DNA of 64,000 bases. Source: Trypanosoma brucei. Its lineage: Eukaryota. Below, piece by piece: positions 1 through 11,581 of the stretch. The position numbers and the translations under genes were made by a program. The first letter of the stretch is position 1; each line of letters starts with the position of its first letter. The stretch covers positions 480,001-544,000 of the forward strand of contig CP000069.1 of the NCBI GenBank assembly GCA_000002445.1. The letters run 5' to 3'. A model generated the notes under the pieces. That model saw only the letters and a list, made by a program, of their open reading frames with translations, made no database searches and was not told the DNA's origin.

Positions 1-3000
1 ACTGTGGCAGAGTCTCCCTTTTTCATTCATCCTAACACACCCTCTATAATTTTTGTTGTATTTCCGCATATGAACGGAATACAGCAGATGGGGCGAGAAG
101 CCTCCCACCCTGGACTCTCCCAAAGATGCCAATTGGCAATCCTTTTTTGGAGGTCCACATCACCGGACAGCAGCATCTTAGCGCGGATGATACTGCTGAT
201 GGCACGCTGGCACGTGCCCAGGGACCGACAAATGAAAAACGGTGTCCCAGCAAGACGCTGCTGATCCCTGTGCTGTATGATGCCGTAGCCGGAGCACAGC
301 AGTGTTCCCCATGAAAGGAACTCTGCTGGCTCTTGGCTTCCCCCGATGATACGGGGTACTGGACCCTGGCACCACGTTGAGGTGGCCGACATCGCCAGGG
401 AATCTTTTTTCAGACATCCTACCCGAAAGCACCTTCGCGCATCGCTACTTCTACTCAAAGGGCCGTAATATCTGGTGGCCGAGGTGACTTTCAACATCAC
501 TGTTTCCACGCGCATAAGGGGGGGGGGAAGAAACGAGACGAAGCAGGGTGTTTCACGGATTGATTTCACTGTGTTCGGCATTTCATGCAGACAGTGTCGA
601 CTCGGGACCCACTACTGCTTATGGGCAGTCTCCCCCGAATGGGAAGGTGGTTCCTCTCGCAAAATGTTGAGGTAGCATGAAGTAGATGGAGGCAGGAGTG
701 CGTTAGTTGCCAACGGGTGTCCGCGGGGGATGGAGTCGCTTCCCCATCGGTACCGGTTGTTGTGGCGGTGTCTTCCATGGCTTTGGACTTTCCTGTTCTT
801 TTTGGGAAGTGTTAGCATGAAGTGTGGCACCGGCACGGGCGGTTACAGGGCGAGGGTGCCGAGAAACATGCTTTTGGTTGGCCAGTTGATTATTCCAAAG
901 ATGGTCGTTAGAGGTGTCCCGTGGATAGTCACGATGGATGTTTAATGACTGCGGACTGCGCTAAACAGGGACCCAGTAGGTCACAGCGAATAGGCGGAGT
1001 AAAAGATATGGGTTATAGTGAATGGGATCCCTAAACTGCTGGTCAATTTACCCTTCAATGATACTGTGGCTGCTGCGGGCATTCGTAAATAGGTTTACCA
1101 ACGAGTATTCAAGGGATCGCGTAGCACAGTGGAAACGATGCTAAAACCACCGCCGTAAAGTGGCGCGGAAACGCTCGTGTTCCGGAAAACTCGAGAGGTA
1201 GCGGTCCCCCTCATTAAGGCGCAACGGTCGTCGGTATCAGTTGCGTTGTACAAAACCAATAGATATTGGTTTGTGTGTGTATATTCTAATGCTGGAAGAA
1301 AATTTGTTCAACTGTAAACGCTTCGGCTCGCTGGGGTGCACTGAGGAGATAGGAATGTATATATTTAATTGCTTTCGATGATGAAGGAGCGTTCAACGAC
1401 GCGCAAATCGTGCACTTGTCAGTCAGTGGGATCCGTTTTGTTGTTTGTTGTCACTCCCCATGATCCGAGCTTCGTGAGCATGACACCGCCATGAAACTAA
1501 GGATGGATGAGGCGAATGTCAGCTGTATGTCAACGAAAATCGTGTTTCCACTACAGCAGTTCGGTGGTTACAAGGTTTTCAAACCTTAGGGTCTAGCATA
1601 CGTGTATATAAATGTGACCGTCTAGCGGTCGCTACGACGTTTAAATGTGATGTCTGCGATGAGGTATGTGTTACCAGAAGAAGTACTCAGAGGTAGCGGA
1701 GTCAGCGCAATTTAAATCAAGTTTCTAACGGCGTGTATAGCCGGAAGTTAATGAAACCGACTCCACCCATGCCATACCCGACCCATGCAGACATTAATGC
1801 TGCAGAGAGAAAGGGAGTAATCACATCATACTCTTCATGAGTGGGTGGAGGGGCTCAAAATTGTTGTGAAATTGCAGAAACGGTGAAATAGTTTGACGGA
1901 GAAAAATACCTAGTTTTAATTACTCACGCGTAACTCAAAAATTGCTGACGCCGCCGAATATTTTTACTTGGCTTAACTTGTCGACAGATGACGATACGCG
2001 TACATAAGGGAACAACATTTTAGTGATTGGAAAATTGCATTTCCGTACTGCTGTGGTGTAGAACCAGCATTGGCGTCAACAAAATTAACAAAAGTTCTGC
2101 TTGCACTACCCTGACTTGGCTATTTCAGTTGTGAAAAGTTGATGGAGACAATTAAAGAGTTTCCGGAGAGGAGAACTGTTGCAGATCATGTTTTCTTCTA
2201 GTTAACACACTGACTGTGTTGCCTTATGGCAATTACACTGGGTGAAGGGCAGTTCGTGTGTGCATTGGAGATCTTTCGGTTAGTTTATTACTAAATCTTT
2301 TTGACAGTTTGGTGCTCCCCGTAACCGACATGTTTGCTTTAGAGCATGTTTACTCTGGATCATGTCCATGTAAATTACCTGTTAAAGGCTATGTTATTGT
2401 TTAAGTAAGGCCCTCTATTTGCATTCTATGCAACACTTCATTTGCGATGCGGGCGCACTTTCGCTACTGTTTGTCGTTCCGCCTATCCTGAATTTTAAAT
2501 GCTAGCGCTCGGTGTCCAAGCGTTTTTAGCGTGGCATTCAGAGCATCTACCGCTGTCGTTTTCAACAAGATGAGGTAAATTTTCTGCCGACCGTCGCATG
2601 GATCCTTTACACAATGATTCTGTGGTTGCCTCATCTATGTTTAAACTTTGCGAATGTGTTTATGCTTGGCGTCCTGTTGTATTCATTCCACTTTTCATGC
2701 TTTCCTATGAGAAAAAAAATACACAAATTTCGTTGCCTTTTAGTCTGCACAGCGTTGACGGTGAAGTGGTGACTGTGGTGCTGGTTGTTTAGCATTTACA
2801 TAGTTCTATCCTGTTGTGCAATCACCGGAGCAGTTACTGCACAACGTTTTGTTTGTGTGTTCGCGAGTTTTTTTTAATTACTTGGGAAGAGTTGGATAAA
2901 TAACCTTTTTTCATCCGTAAAGTGAACGAAATGACAAATGCCGATGGTGTAGCAAAGAAGCACCGTTTCACTCTCCGTTTACATTTACCAACTTCTGACA

Positions 3001-4319
3001 ATATCTGATTGTACATCTTTTATTGGAATGCTAAAAATATAAGAGGTGTGAAGCCCGTGAACCCATATGAAAGCGCTGAGAAGTTATCGGAATCATCATG
3101 TAGAATATGTTGGGGGACTCCCCCCTTTTCAGTTTTGCTGATGCACCTAACTAATAATCACATTTAAGTAGGGTGGTACATTTCACACGGCGTATAATAC
3201 ACCTGGTAAATTAACTTGCTTACCTAGTGTTGGCTGTAGCATTTCCAGGGGAAAGTGGGTTGGACGTGACATCTTCGCTTACAGGACTTGAAAAAGCTGC
3301 ATCTTTGAGTAACTGTTTGTCGGTAATCAATTTTTTTATTATTAAAAAGGACCTTAGTGGTCACTGCTGTTTTCATACCCCAGGGATGTATTTTTTGATT
3401 GCATAAACTCACCTTGTGGGGCCAAGTCTACTGAAAAGGAATGATACATCTTGGGAAGTGCATGTATGCGGTCTCATGGGTCAGGAGAGTGAGTAAGGTG
3501 AACTGCTGAAATTCATGTCGTTTATGTTGGGGCTTCCGCCAACAGCATGCTGCCAAGACGCACCAGTAATGTTCCACACTGTGCGGAAACATCCCCCCTC
3601 CCCGTACATACCGCCAGGGCATGGCAATACTTTCTTCTGGAATGTGCATTACTTTTGATCAACAGGAAATGCTTAACCACCGCTTGAGGATTAAATTGTT
3701 GCCACTGACTGTTTCGAACGTGAGGTTATCTCGATGTGTTTTTGAGTATTTTTTTTTTTTTTGCGGAATGTTTTCCCCACCCCTCTCATTTTATGCTTGA
3801 TTCTTACCACGTGGCGCGGATTCTGTCTGAATTTGACGCAACTCGTTCAGGGTTAATGGGAGGAAGTGGTGTTGGAAACATTGACCTATTATTGAAGGGA
3901 TAATGATATGACATGGAGGTACAGGAGGTACCGGTGGCGCTGCCTCAAATGAGGCCTAATCCGTAAAACCAGGCAATTGTTAACCCAAGCGATGGTTCAT
4001 TTCCCCAATGAACCTTCGCTACCTTAATATATATGGGTTCTGCGGTTTTCGTTTTGATGTCGCAGTTTTTTGGAGCGGGCTTTTGGGTGTTTCATAACAG
4101 AGCCGAGTCATACTCAATAGTTGCTGTAGTGTCAATGTTTATTTATGTGGGCTTCTTTGTGTTCCTTTGCTTTTTCTGTGCTTGTTGCGTGTTGTATGTG
4201 GAATGCTTTATTATTTTTTTTCCTGTGTGTGTGTGTATTTATGGGGTTTCTGTTGATGTGGGGTAAGTTGTACTTCTGAGGGCTACAGGAAGTAAGACAT
4301 AGAAATACGGAAAATAGCA

Positions 4320-5252
4320 ATGGCGACATTCACTTGCGGAGTGACGCTACTGCTTTTTTCTTTCCATTTCTTGGCAATTCAGTCAGAGGCAATTCCGCAC
4401 ATATGTGTTAATGCAGCTAATTATAGCCATACCCAGTTTGAAGAGTGTCTTACTCACATGTGTGACCTAAGCGAGGAGTTAAGTGCTTTTAAACGTACCG
4501 CGGTTTCCCTTAAGCGGCAAGCTACGGGAGACGCCGAAACTTCGAAATTGGCGCTGCAGTATATGGAAGAGGCACTTGAAAAGGTCCTCCACGTGACGCA
4601 GGGTGTGAAGGAAGGTAACAAAACGATCGGAACGGCCGCTGCAGTCAAGAAGTCCGTGATTGAGGCAAAAATTGCGTCAGACATAGCGGATGAAGAAGCT
4701 TCCAAAGTGGAGAGGAAATTAGATAAGGCTACGAGGGACGCAGGAAATGCAGAGAAAAACCTTCAGCGCATATTGATATACACCGCTAGAAAAGCTTGTT
4801 CGTCTGAGGGTATATCCTCTCAAGATGAGGAAGTAAAGGAGGCTCAGTGCAACGTAAGTACGGAGATCGTCTACAGCTGCACCCGCAGGCCGTTAAAGAT
4901 AAAGTCTGATACGTTACGTAAGACGTATGAAAGGCTTAAAAGTTTCACTCGGACGCCGAACAAGACAATAAACGAGCATTTACCGAAATGCCATATGTGG
5001 ACGGAATTACTCGAGCCGGCAGTGGCGAGCCTGACTGATATGGAAAAATCGGCGTCTGTTGCTCGTGCGTATAGAAACCAGGTAATCAAAGCGAGAGGGG
5101 AAGCGCAGCAAGCGGCATGGACAGTCGGCGTTACTGTTCAGGATGTGGATGGTTTGGATGAAGTGTCGGAGGAGGACGACTTTGCCCTTGCACCCGTGGT
5201 GCTCGTCGCGGTGCTTATTGTTGGCGCTGTGTTAATTGACCAGCACCCATAG
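4320..5252 (+). CDS. Secreted or membrane surface-protein-like gene, 310 aa. It has an N-terminal signal peptide, a helical Ala/Lys/Glu-rich ectodomain with Cys pairs and several N-X-S/T sites, and a C-terminal hydrophobic segment.
   Basis: ATG confirmed at 4320. MATFTCGVTLLLFSFHFLAIQSEA is signal-peptide-like. The C-terminus ...EEDDFALAPVVLVAVLIVGAVLIDQHP is a single transmembrane span or atypical GPI signal. It is the only convincing plus-strand gene, and it converges on the minus-strand unit. Confidence 0.55.
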   Translation: MATFTCGVTLLLFSFHFLAIQSEAIPHICVNAANYSHTQFEECLTHMCDLSEELSAFKRTAVSLKRQATGDAETSKLALQYMEEALEKVLHVTQGVKEGNKTIGTAAAVKKSVIEAKIASDIADEEASKVERKLDKATRDAGNAEKNLQRILIYTARKACSSEGISSQDEEVKEAQCNVSTEIVYSCTRRPLKIKSDTLRKTYERLKSFTRTPNKTINEHLPKCHMWTELLEPAVASLTDMEKSASVARAYRNQVIKARGEAQQAAWTVGVTVQDVDGLDEVSEEDDFALAPVVLVAVLIVGAVLIDQHP

Positions 5253-7652
5253 TAAAAAATGCAAACAACGATATTATATGTAAAGATATGCTGCTTGTAG
5301 GAGCAGTTGAGCCAATAGGTATAGACTTGCGATCTTTGCTTCTGTCCTTTCACCTTCTTCCGGCGGATGTGGCACGGTAATTTGTTAACGTGAATAATCC
5401 CGCTAGTAGTGTTTTACGTGACCCCATATAGTTTATTTTTGAATGCTTTAATTAGATAATTTCTTTTTTTTTTTTCAGGGAATCGACTTTGCGTGTCTAA
5501 CTCACGTTCATGGTCATCTGACCTTCCTTGGTTTGGCCGAATTCCATTACTGGACGACGTGATCACCCCACCATTTGGATAAGAGTGTGCATCTCTACCT
5601 TTTCCCTTCCGTGTCGTTTACATTTCCTCTTCATGTTGTTCGTCAGGGCCTCTACTGATGGTTGGAAATAGGGGCAACATGATCGGGCTGCGGCGTAAGG
5701 GAGAGCAAAGAAGCAAGGGAGAGTGCAAACCTTACATTGCCACGGCATATTTTTCTGTACTCGTCCCCGAGTTGTATTTGTATTGTAGAGTGTTGAGATA
5801 TCCTCGGCAGGGGAGACCGGCGGTTGCGGCTCCAGTTTCCCATAAAAACAGCGTAAAAGAAAAAGAGGTGATTGGGACCCATTTCATTGTGATGAGCACA
5901 TCAAACTTTGACGTTTCAGTGGTGGACCGCTGTTGAACCAGTTTGGGGGCAACATTTTGCCTGAGGTTGTCCAAACATGAACGGGCAAAGAATGGCTTCA
6001 CAAGCTCAAGGTTCCTAGTTGTGCCACTTTAACGCCCTGCTTCCTGATTTGAATGTTGTTATGAACCACACGCGGGGTGTTATGCATGGGAGCTCTGACC
6101 ACGAGGTGACAGGGCCGAGCTGCGTGTTCTCGCCGAGGTGCCGCATCCACGGGTGTCAACACACGAAACTAACGTTTGAACAACGGAAAGACGGAGTAGA
6201 CGCTGTAAATGCGGTGAGCACATCAAACAAATACGCTCCCGTTGTGGGACTTATTCCAGCAGTAGGAATAAGCACCAGGATAAAGGTACAATGAAAAGTA
6301 TGGATGATGGGACTCTCCTGGTATCAATGTTGGGTCCAAAGACCATCCAATGCCCAACCAAACACACTGAACAACTTGCACTCACGAAACACGCGCGGCA
6401 ACAAGGACGGACACTAGGAAAGCGACGCAACAATATGAAGATAGAGCGCGAGATTTTTTTTAGTGGATTTACCGCTTTGCTCATTCGTCAAGGTCCTTGG
6501 AGAATAGTGTGAGGTGGAAGGCCTCGTGCAGACATGATTGCCACTTCACAGAAACATGGAAAAATTCATTTGAGAGGTGTTTGTTCTAAAGGATGTAGAA
6601 TCGGAGGCGCTGTCTCCCTTTCCCTTGCCGTGCAGATACCCAAACAACAAGGGGTGAAAGTTCCCGTCGACCGAAGCCACGACACTCAAGATGGCACACC
6701 AAAAGATGGCGAGATGCTGTTTCTGGGAGTGCAAATGGGCATGTCGAACCGCTGCGCCCAGTGCCAAAATAAAACAATCGACTAGGGTTAAAGCGGCGGC
6801 AAATGGAAAATGTAACGCACCGGGCCGTAGGTCACTAACCAACTGAAGTAAAGGCTCGAAGGGGATCCTGCCGCGCCGCGAACTGTCAAAAAAACGGAGA
6901 CCAAAAACATTCCACAAACAGCAGAATCCCGGAAACCTCAATACTATCAGCACGAAGTACCTCGCACTCTCCATATTAAGTCGTGCCCATACCAACCGAG
7001 CCCCAAAGACAACAGCATCGCAGCCGCTACACAAGTTTCCATTTTCAATCTTCCTCCTTCCTCTGACAAATGCGGTCGCCAACGAGACACGTAGCGCCAC
7101 GTTCCACATCATCTCATAGCTTCCTAATTTGCACTATACAAAAGGACAAAAAAAAGAGGAAAGATATTCACACAACAAAGCGCACTCAGTACCCATCCTC
7201 CCTCTAATGTTAGTTTCCCAACCAATATACTGCACATCATATGCGCAGTAAACGTGAGCTAATATATATGGATATCTGGTGACCGCAACTGGCGGTTGCA
7301 ACAATAGCCAATACGGTGCACATAAATTTTATGAGTTCTTACGAACAAAGTTATTCCATCAACAATATGAAACACAAGATGATATATAAACACACAAGAC
7401 AAACAAACCCCATCTCTGCCAAATGCACTTTTACATTTCTGCGGGTGAGCCATTATTGGAGTCCCGTGGCAGTAAACACTATTACAAACATTATTCGGGA
7501 AAGCTTTGAAATAAGATATATAAAATAAGGAAATCAGTAACACAACACATTTGAATGCTTACATTAGTTTATAGAATATTGATGCGTATGATAGCGTTGC
7601 GGCAAACAGTTTACATTGCAATATGCTTTTGAATCGTTCCTTATTATGATAG
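5253..7652. other. Convergent strand-switch region between the plus-strand gene ending at 5252 and the minus-strand polycistronic unit whose most distal gene ends at 7653.
   Basis: Gene orientation flips here and only short or low-confidence ORFs lie between. In trypanosomatids this is where Pol II transcription terminates. Confidence 0.55.
6546..7112 (-). CDS. Hypothetical small membrane protein, 188 aa, with hydrophobic segments. It abuts the left boundary of the tandem array.
   Basis: Double ATG confirmed at 7107-7112. Hydrophobic stretches include FVLIVLRFPGFCCLWNVFGL and LAIFWCAILSVVASV. No recognisable domain. It could be a remnant created at the array edge. Confidence 0.3.
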   Translation of the reverse strand: MMWNVALRVSLATAFVRGRRKIENGNLCSGCDAVVFGARLVWARLNMESARYFVLIVLRFPGFCCLWNVFGLRFFDSSRRGRIPFEPLLQLVSDLRPGALHFPFAAALTLVDCFILALGAAVRHAHLHSQKQHLAIFWCAILSVVASVDGNFHPLLFGYLHGKGKGDSASDSTSFRTNTSQMNFSMFL

Positions 7653-8708
7653 TCAGATAAAACAGAGGGATACTGATAGTAACGTAATTTTGAGTGAGGG
7701 AAATGATGCAATATTCTGTTTTTGTGTTTGTGTGGGTTGAGCATCGGAATCCTTTCGTGCTGCAGTTTGGGGTGCTGTTCTCGAGGGTTGCGCGCCTTCA
7801 GCTCCAGCTCCAGATTCCTTTAATGCTTTTACTTCCTCTTCATTTTTCGCTTTACCGTAAGTTCCCTTTAACTTTTTAACTTTCTCTCTCAACTTTTGAA
7901 GAGCTGCATCTCTTTTATTCATGTGACCCATCGCCTGATTCAACTGCTCAACCCACGGCTTTGAAGCAAGTGGATCAGGTTCCTCCTCAACTCTTGGCGG
8001 TGGGGGAACGCCGTGTGGTGGGAACGGAGGTTGTGGTGGTGCTGGTGGCGGCTGTGGAGATCCGTTGTTTTGGCCATCTGAATACCAATTTCGCAAATCC
8101 TCCAAGTCCTGTTTTATAGCCTTAACAGTAACCTCAACGCTACCAGATCCTACTGTACACCTACCTTTAAGTTCCTTCCATAACTGCAGACGGTCTTCCG
8201 GTGTTTGATGCTCCCTCTGATTTTGAGCAGTTCCCGCAACAAAGCAGCTTTCAGTGGCTCCACTTGCAGAGCTGCAAAGGCATACAATTTCTTTCGGTAT
8301 TGTTGTTGAACGGCTTGTTTCATTGCAGGGTTGGTTTTCCCCACGGGATCCAAAAGTTTTGTCCGCATTCTCGGTTTCGATGTCATCCCCATACGCTGCT
8401 TTCCGAAACGCTGTCCTGGCGCTATTTTCATGACTCTGCACTTCGTCTTCTAACTCTTTAACTTTATCCACCTCTGTTTTCAAAGCCGCTGAATCCCTGG
8501 CACCTTTATTAAACCACTGATAATTACTATCATCTTTTAACTTATCAATGTAATTTTCTTTCGCTCCCTTTTCCGCCTTCGTGAAGAGTCCACACAAAAG
8601 ATCAAATCCCTTCCCGTGCTTCCTGTAGTCTATCACGTTATCGTCTCCAGCCGTTACCAACGTTACCGACACTCCCACAACGACCACTTGTACAATTGCT
8701 TGCCACAT
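7653..8708 (-). CDS. Surface-protein family copy 1, 351 aa. It has a signal peptide, a conserved-Cys helical domain, a Pro-rich hinge, and an invariant C-terminal tail with a GPI-anchor-like signal.
   Basis: ATG confirmed at 8706-8708. N-terminus MWQAIVQVVVVGVSVTLVTAG. Pro tract PQPPPAPPQPPFPPHGVPPPP. C-terminus ...QKQNIASFPSLKITLLSVSLCFI is a hydrophobic tail after small residues. Paralogous to copies 2-5. Confidence 0.8.
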   Translation of the reverse strand: MWQAIVQVVVVGVSVTLVTAGDDNVIDYRKHGKGFDLLCGLFTKAEKGAKENYIDKLKDDSNYQWFNKGARDSAALKTEVDKVKELEDEVQSHENSARTAFRKAAYGDDIETENADKTFGSRGENQPCNETSRSTTIPKEIVCLCSSASGATESCFVAGTAQNQREHQTPEDRLQLWKELKGRCTVGSGSVEVTVKAIKQDLEDLRNWYSDGQNNGSPQPPPAPPQPPFPPHGVPPPPRVEEEPDPLASKPWVEQLNQAMGHMNKRDAALQKLREKVKKLKGTYGKAKNEEEVKALKESGAGAEGAQPSRTAPQTAARKDSDAQPTQTQKQNIASFPSLKITLLSVSLCFI

Positions 8709-10368
8709 TCCTGTGATTCTTCATTATGCACGACAAAGCAAGAAACAAAAAACAGAATTCACATTAAACACAACAGTAATATCAAATAAATGTTGTCTAT
8801 CATGACATGCGCATGTATTATCCCACAGAGCAGTTATTGACTTTCAACCATCGGCGCAAAATGATATATCTTCAAAGGCAGAGCAAACAAACTAACATAA
8901 CATCCAACAGGCCATCTCAACAAGCTCACTATACACGAGGATAGTAAATTCGTCAAATCACTTTACAGATGCCATCGTCGTGATTTCCATTAAACTTTCT
9001 GAATTCCATGTCCCTCTCTCTCTCTCTGAAAGGAATTTGCTTAAAGCATAACATCTAATTCCCCAAAAATGAGTTACACATCCCACATCAAGTCTTTCAC
9101 CCGCCTTACCCTGGTGTATTTCAATCACTCAACTTCTGACAATTCCTATATTCATATTCTTTTCGTTACACTTCCTTAAAATCCTTCCAGACAACCAAGC
9201 ACATCACATTGTTTTATCTTTACATCACTATTAAATGAACAGCAAAAAAAAAATGTACACATCTCCAACACACATGCCGAGTAAACTTCTTGACACCTGA
9301 GGCCGCTCCCACTCCAATCTCGATGGCCTTAACATCAATAACACTCTTGACTAACACTAATATTATTGTGTGATAAAAGAATTGGAAGGATACATTCCCT
9401 AACATGATACCGAAAATTACTGAAACACAAATGTGTAAAGAGTCTAGGAATGGATATACAAAAGGTGGTGTTTAGTAAGAGAAGGGCAATTAACTGCCAC
9501 CCGGAGTGTCTATTTCGTTTAACCTCATCCCGTATATTGTCAACAATACAAAGTCTTATAAAACACACCACCAGTTGTTCTCCAATAAATATACGTTATA
9601 CATGCCAATATCACAAACACTGCAACATCCTCTTTCTTCAACACTTCAAATACGTAACTCATATATCACTTGCTAAAGGTCTTAGTACCATATCCATGCC
9701 TCACTGAAGGGTTTGTGCCGTAACCCAATTAAATGTTGCTTCCTCTCCTCCTTCCATTTCCTCACAATAGGATACGCAGAGCTGCAACTTTGTAATATGT
9801 GCGCAGTTGATGGGGACTTCAGCCGTTATCACTTTAAATTGCAAATGGAAATTCTGAAACAATTCCAATACTCCCTCATGAATACCAACTGTTGCGTGTG
9901 TGTCTCCCATATACCGGCAGTTGCCATTACTGCAATGTTATGCTCAATGAGGATCTTTTTAATATCAAGTGTTAACGGCAACTATTTTATTGTTCATGTC
10001 AGGCTCATATTCATGTAAGTGAAATGGGTGAAACTGTTCTTTTCCTTACTTTGCATTATATAAATAAGAGGAAATAAGGGATGCTTGTTAGAGGCACGCA
10101 ACAGACACATACACATATGAGAGTTTCCATCCAACAATACATACATACCCTTTAAATAGTCCACCAACTGGAGGATGACACCAGCATGTCAGTGAGGGAA
10201 GCAGTATGTCTAGGAATAACATAAAAGACACGCGTGAAGGAATTTACATATTTGTTGCCTTGCTTTGCCTGCTGCGAATACCATATCACCTCCATCAGTA
10301 AAGTTACGGAATTCGGTAAACTTCCATGAATGCACATAAGCAACTGATACACACACACTTTTCCCTTC

Positions 10369-10983
10369 CTATTCCTCTCCTGCACAACTCACATGTTCAC
10401 TTGACGCACTGTCATCCGCTGCAGCAAGTAACTGTTGTCTTCCAGGTGGTTTCTCTCCAGTCAATGCACCACAGAAGCTTACAGTTACTGGCAAAACGGG
10501 TCTGCCCACATCATCAAGAGGAACTGCCTCAAGTTTCTCTAGCAGTGAGAGATCATCAATGGCACGTCCAAACACAACTTGCTTGAAATCAAGAGATGGA
10601 GAAGGACCAAGTGTAATGCCAAATACGGAGCCACTTGTGTGAGGACCCTCAGAGATCATTGTGAGGAGCCCACGTTCCGTGTGTCGGTGACGGTATCCTT
10701 CATCCGCTATTGGTGTGCCAGTGGAGGAGAGGTTAAAGGAATCCAATTCACCCAACACAATGATATTATTGTTGTGATCCACATGATGCACTTGTGTGCC
10801 AAGGTAATCCAATTTCACACCCGTGTTGGTGTCAATCCCACATGACCCAGTGATTAATGCCCTGAAGTTTTCTACGGTTTGTGGCACTACATCGTCAAAG
10901 AGCTCAAATACCAGTCGTCCGCTGAGAACGTCATCAATAGACATATCCAGGAAGGCACGGCAGGAGTTCTGTTCCTCCTTCAT
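10369..10983 (-). CDS. Cyclophilin-like protein, copy 1 (cyclophilin-type PPIase fold, divergent). It is 204 aa from the first ATG; the ORF track extends it to 11034 with an apparent GTG.
   Basis: It aligns to the cyclophilin A core: RLVFELFDDVVPQTVENFRALITG matches [23 protein letters not shown], and FKQVVFGRAIDDLSLLEKLEAV matches [22 protein letters not shown]. Several catalytic positions (Arg55, Gln63, Asn102, Trp121, His126 equivalents) appear substituted. ATG at 10981-10983 checked; the codon at 11032-11034 is cac, i.e. GTG in sense. Confidence 0.7.
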   Translation of the reverse strand: MKEEQNSCRAFLDMSIDDVLSGRLVFELFDDVVPQTVENFRALITGSCGIDTNTGVKLDYLGTQVHHVDHNNNIIVLGELDSFNLSSTGTPIADEGYRHRHTERGLLTMISEGPHTSGSVFGITLGPSPSLDFKQVVFGRAIDDLSLLEKLEAVPLDDVGRPVLPVTVSFCGALTGEKPPGRQQLLAAADDSASSEHVSCAGEE

Positions 10984-11581
10984 GCGATGACTCCGCTGGT
11001 AATTTTCCCATTCCTTTAAGCGGTGCTGTCTCACATAATCTCATAATTTCCTAGTTTGCACTTTACAAAAGGACAAAAAAAAAAGTAAATATATTGACAC
11101 AACGAAGCACACTCCGTACCCATCCTCCCTCTATTGTTAGTTTCCCAACCAATATACTGCACATTATATGCACAGTAAACGTAAGCTAAAATATATAGAT
11201 ATCTGGTAACCGCAACTGGCGGTTGTAACACTAGTCAATACGGTGCACATAAATTTTATACGAGTTCTTACGAACAAAGTTATTCCATCAACAATATGAA
11301 ACACAAAATGATATATAAACACACAAGACAAACAAACCCCATCTCTGCCAAATGCACTTTTACATTTCTACGGGTGAGCCATTATTGGAGTCCCGTGGCA
11401 GTAAACACTATTACAAACATTATTGGGGGAAGCTTTGGAATAGGATATATAAGACAAGGAAATCAGTAACACAACACATTTGAATGCTTACATTAATTTA
11501 TAGAATATTGATGCGTATGATAACGTTGCGGCAAACAGTTTACATTGCAATATGCTTTTGAATCGTATTTCATTATGATAG

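Noticed and set aside
1100-1140. tRNA-like box-A resemblance (...gcgtagcacagtggaaacgatgc...)
   Set aside because: I could not fold a D-stem or find a matching box B (GGTTCGANTCC) and acceptor stem by eye. The resemblance is probably chance.
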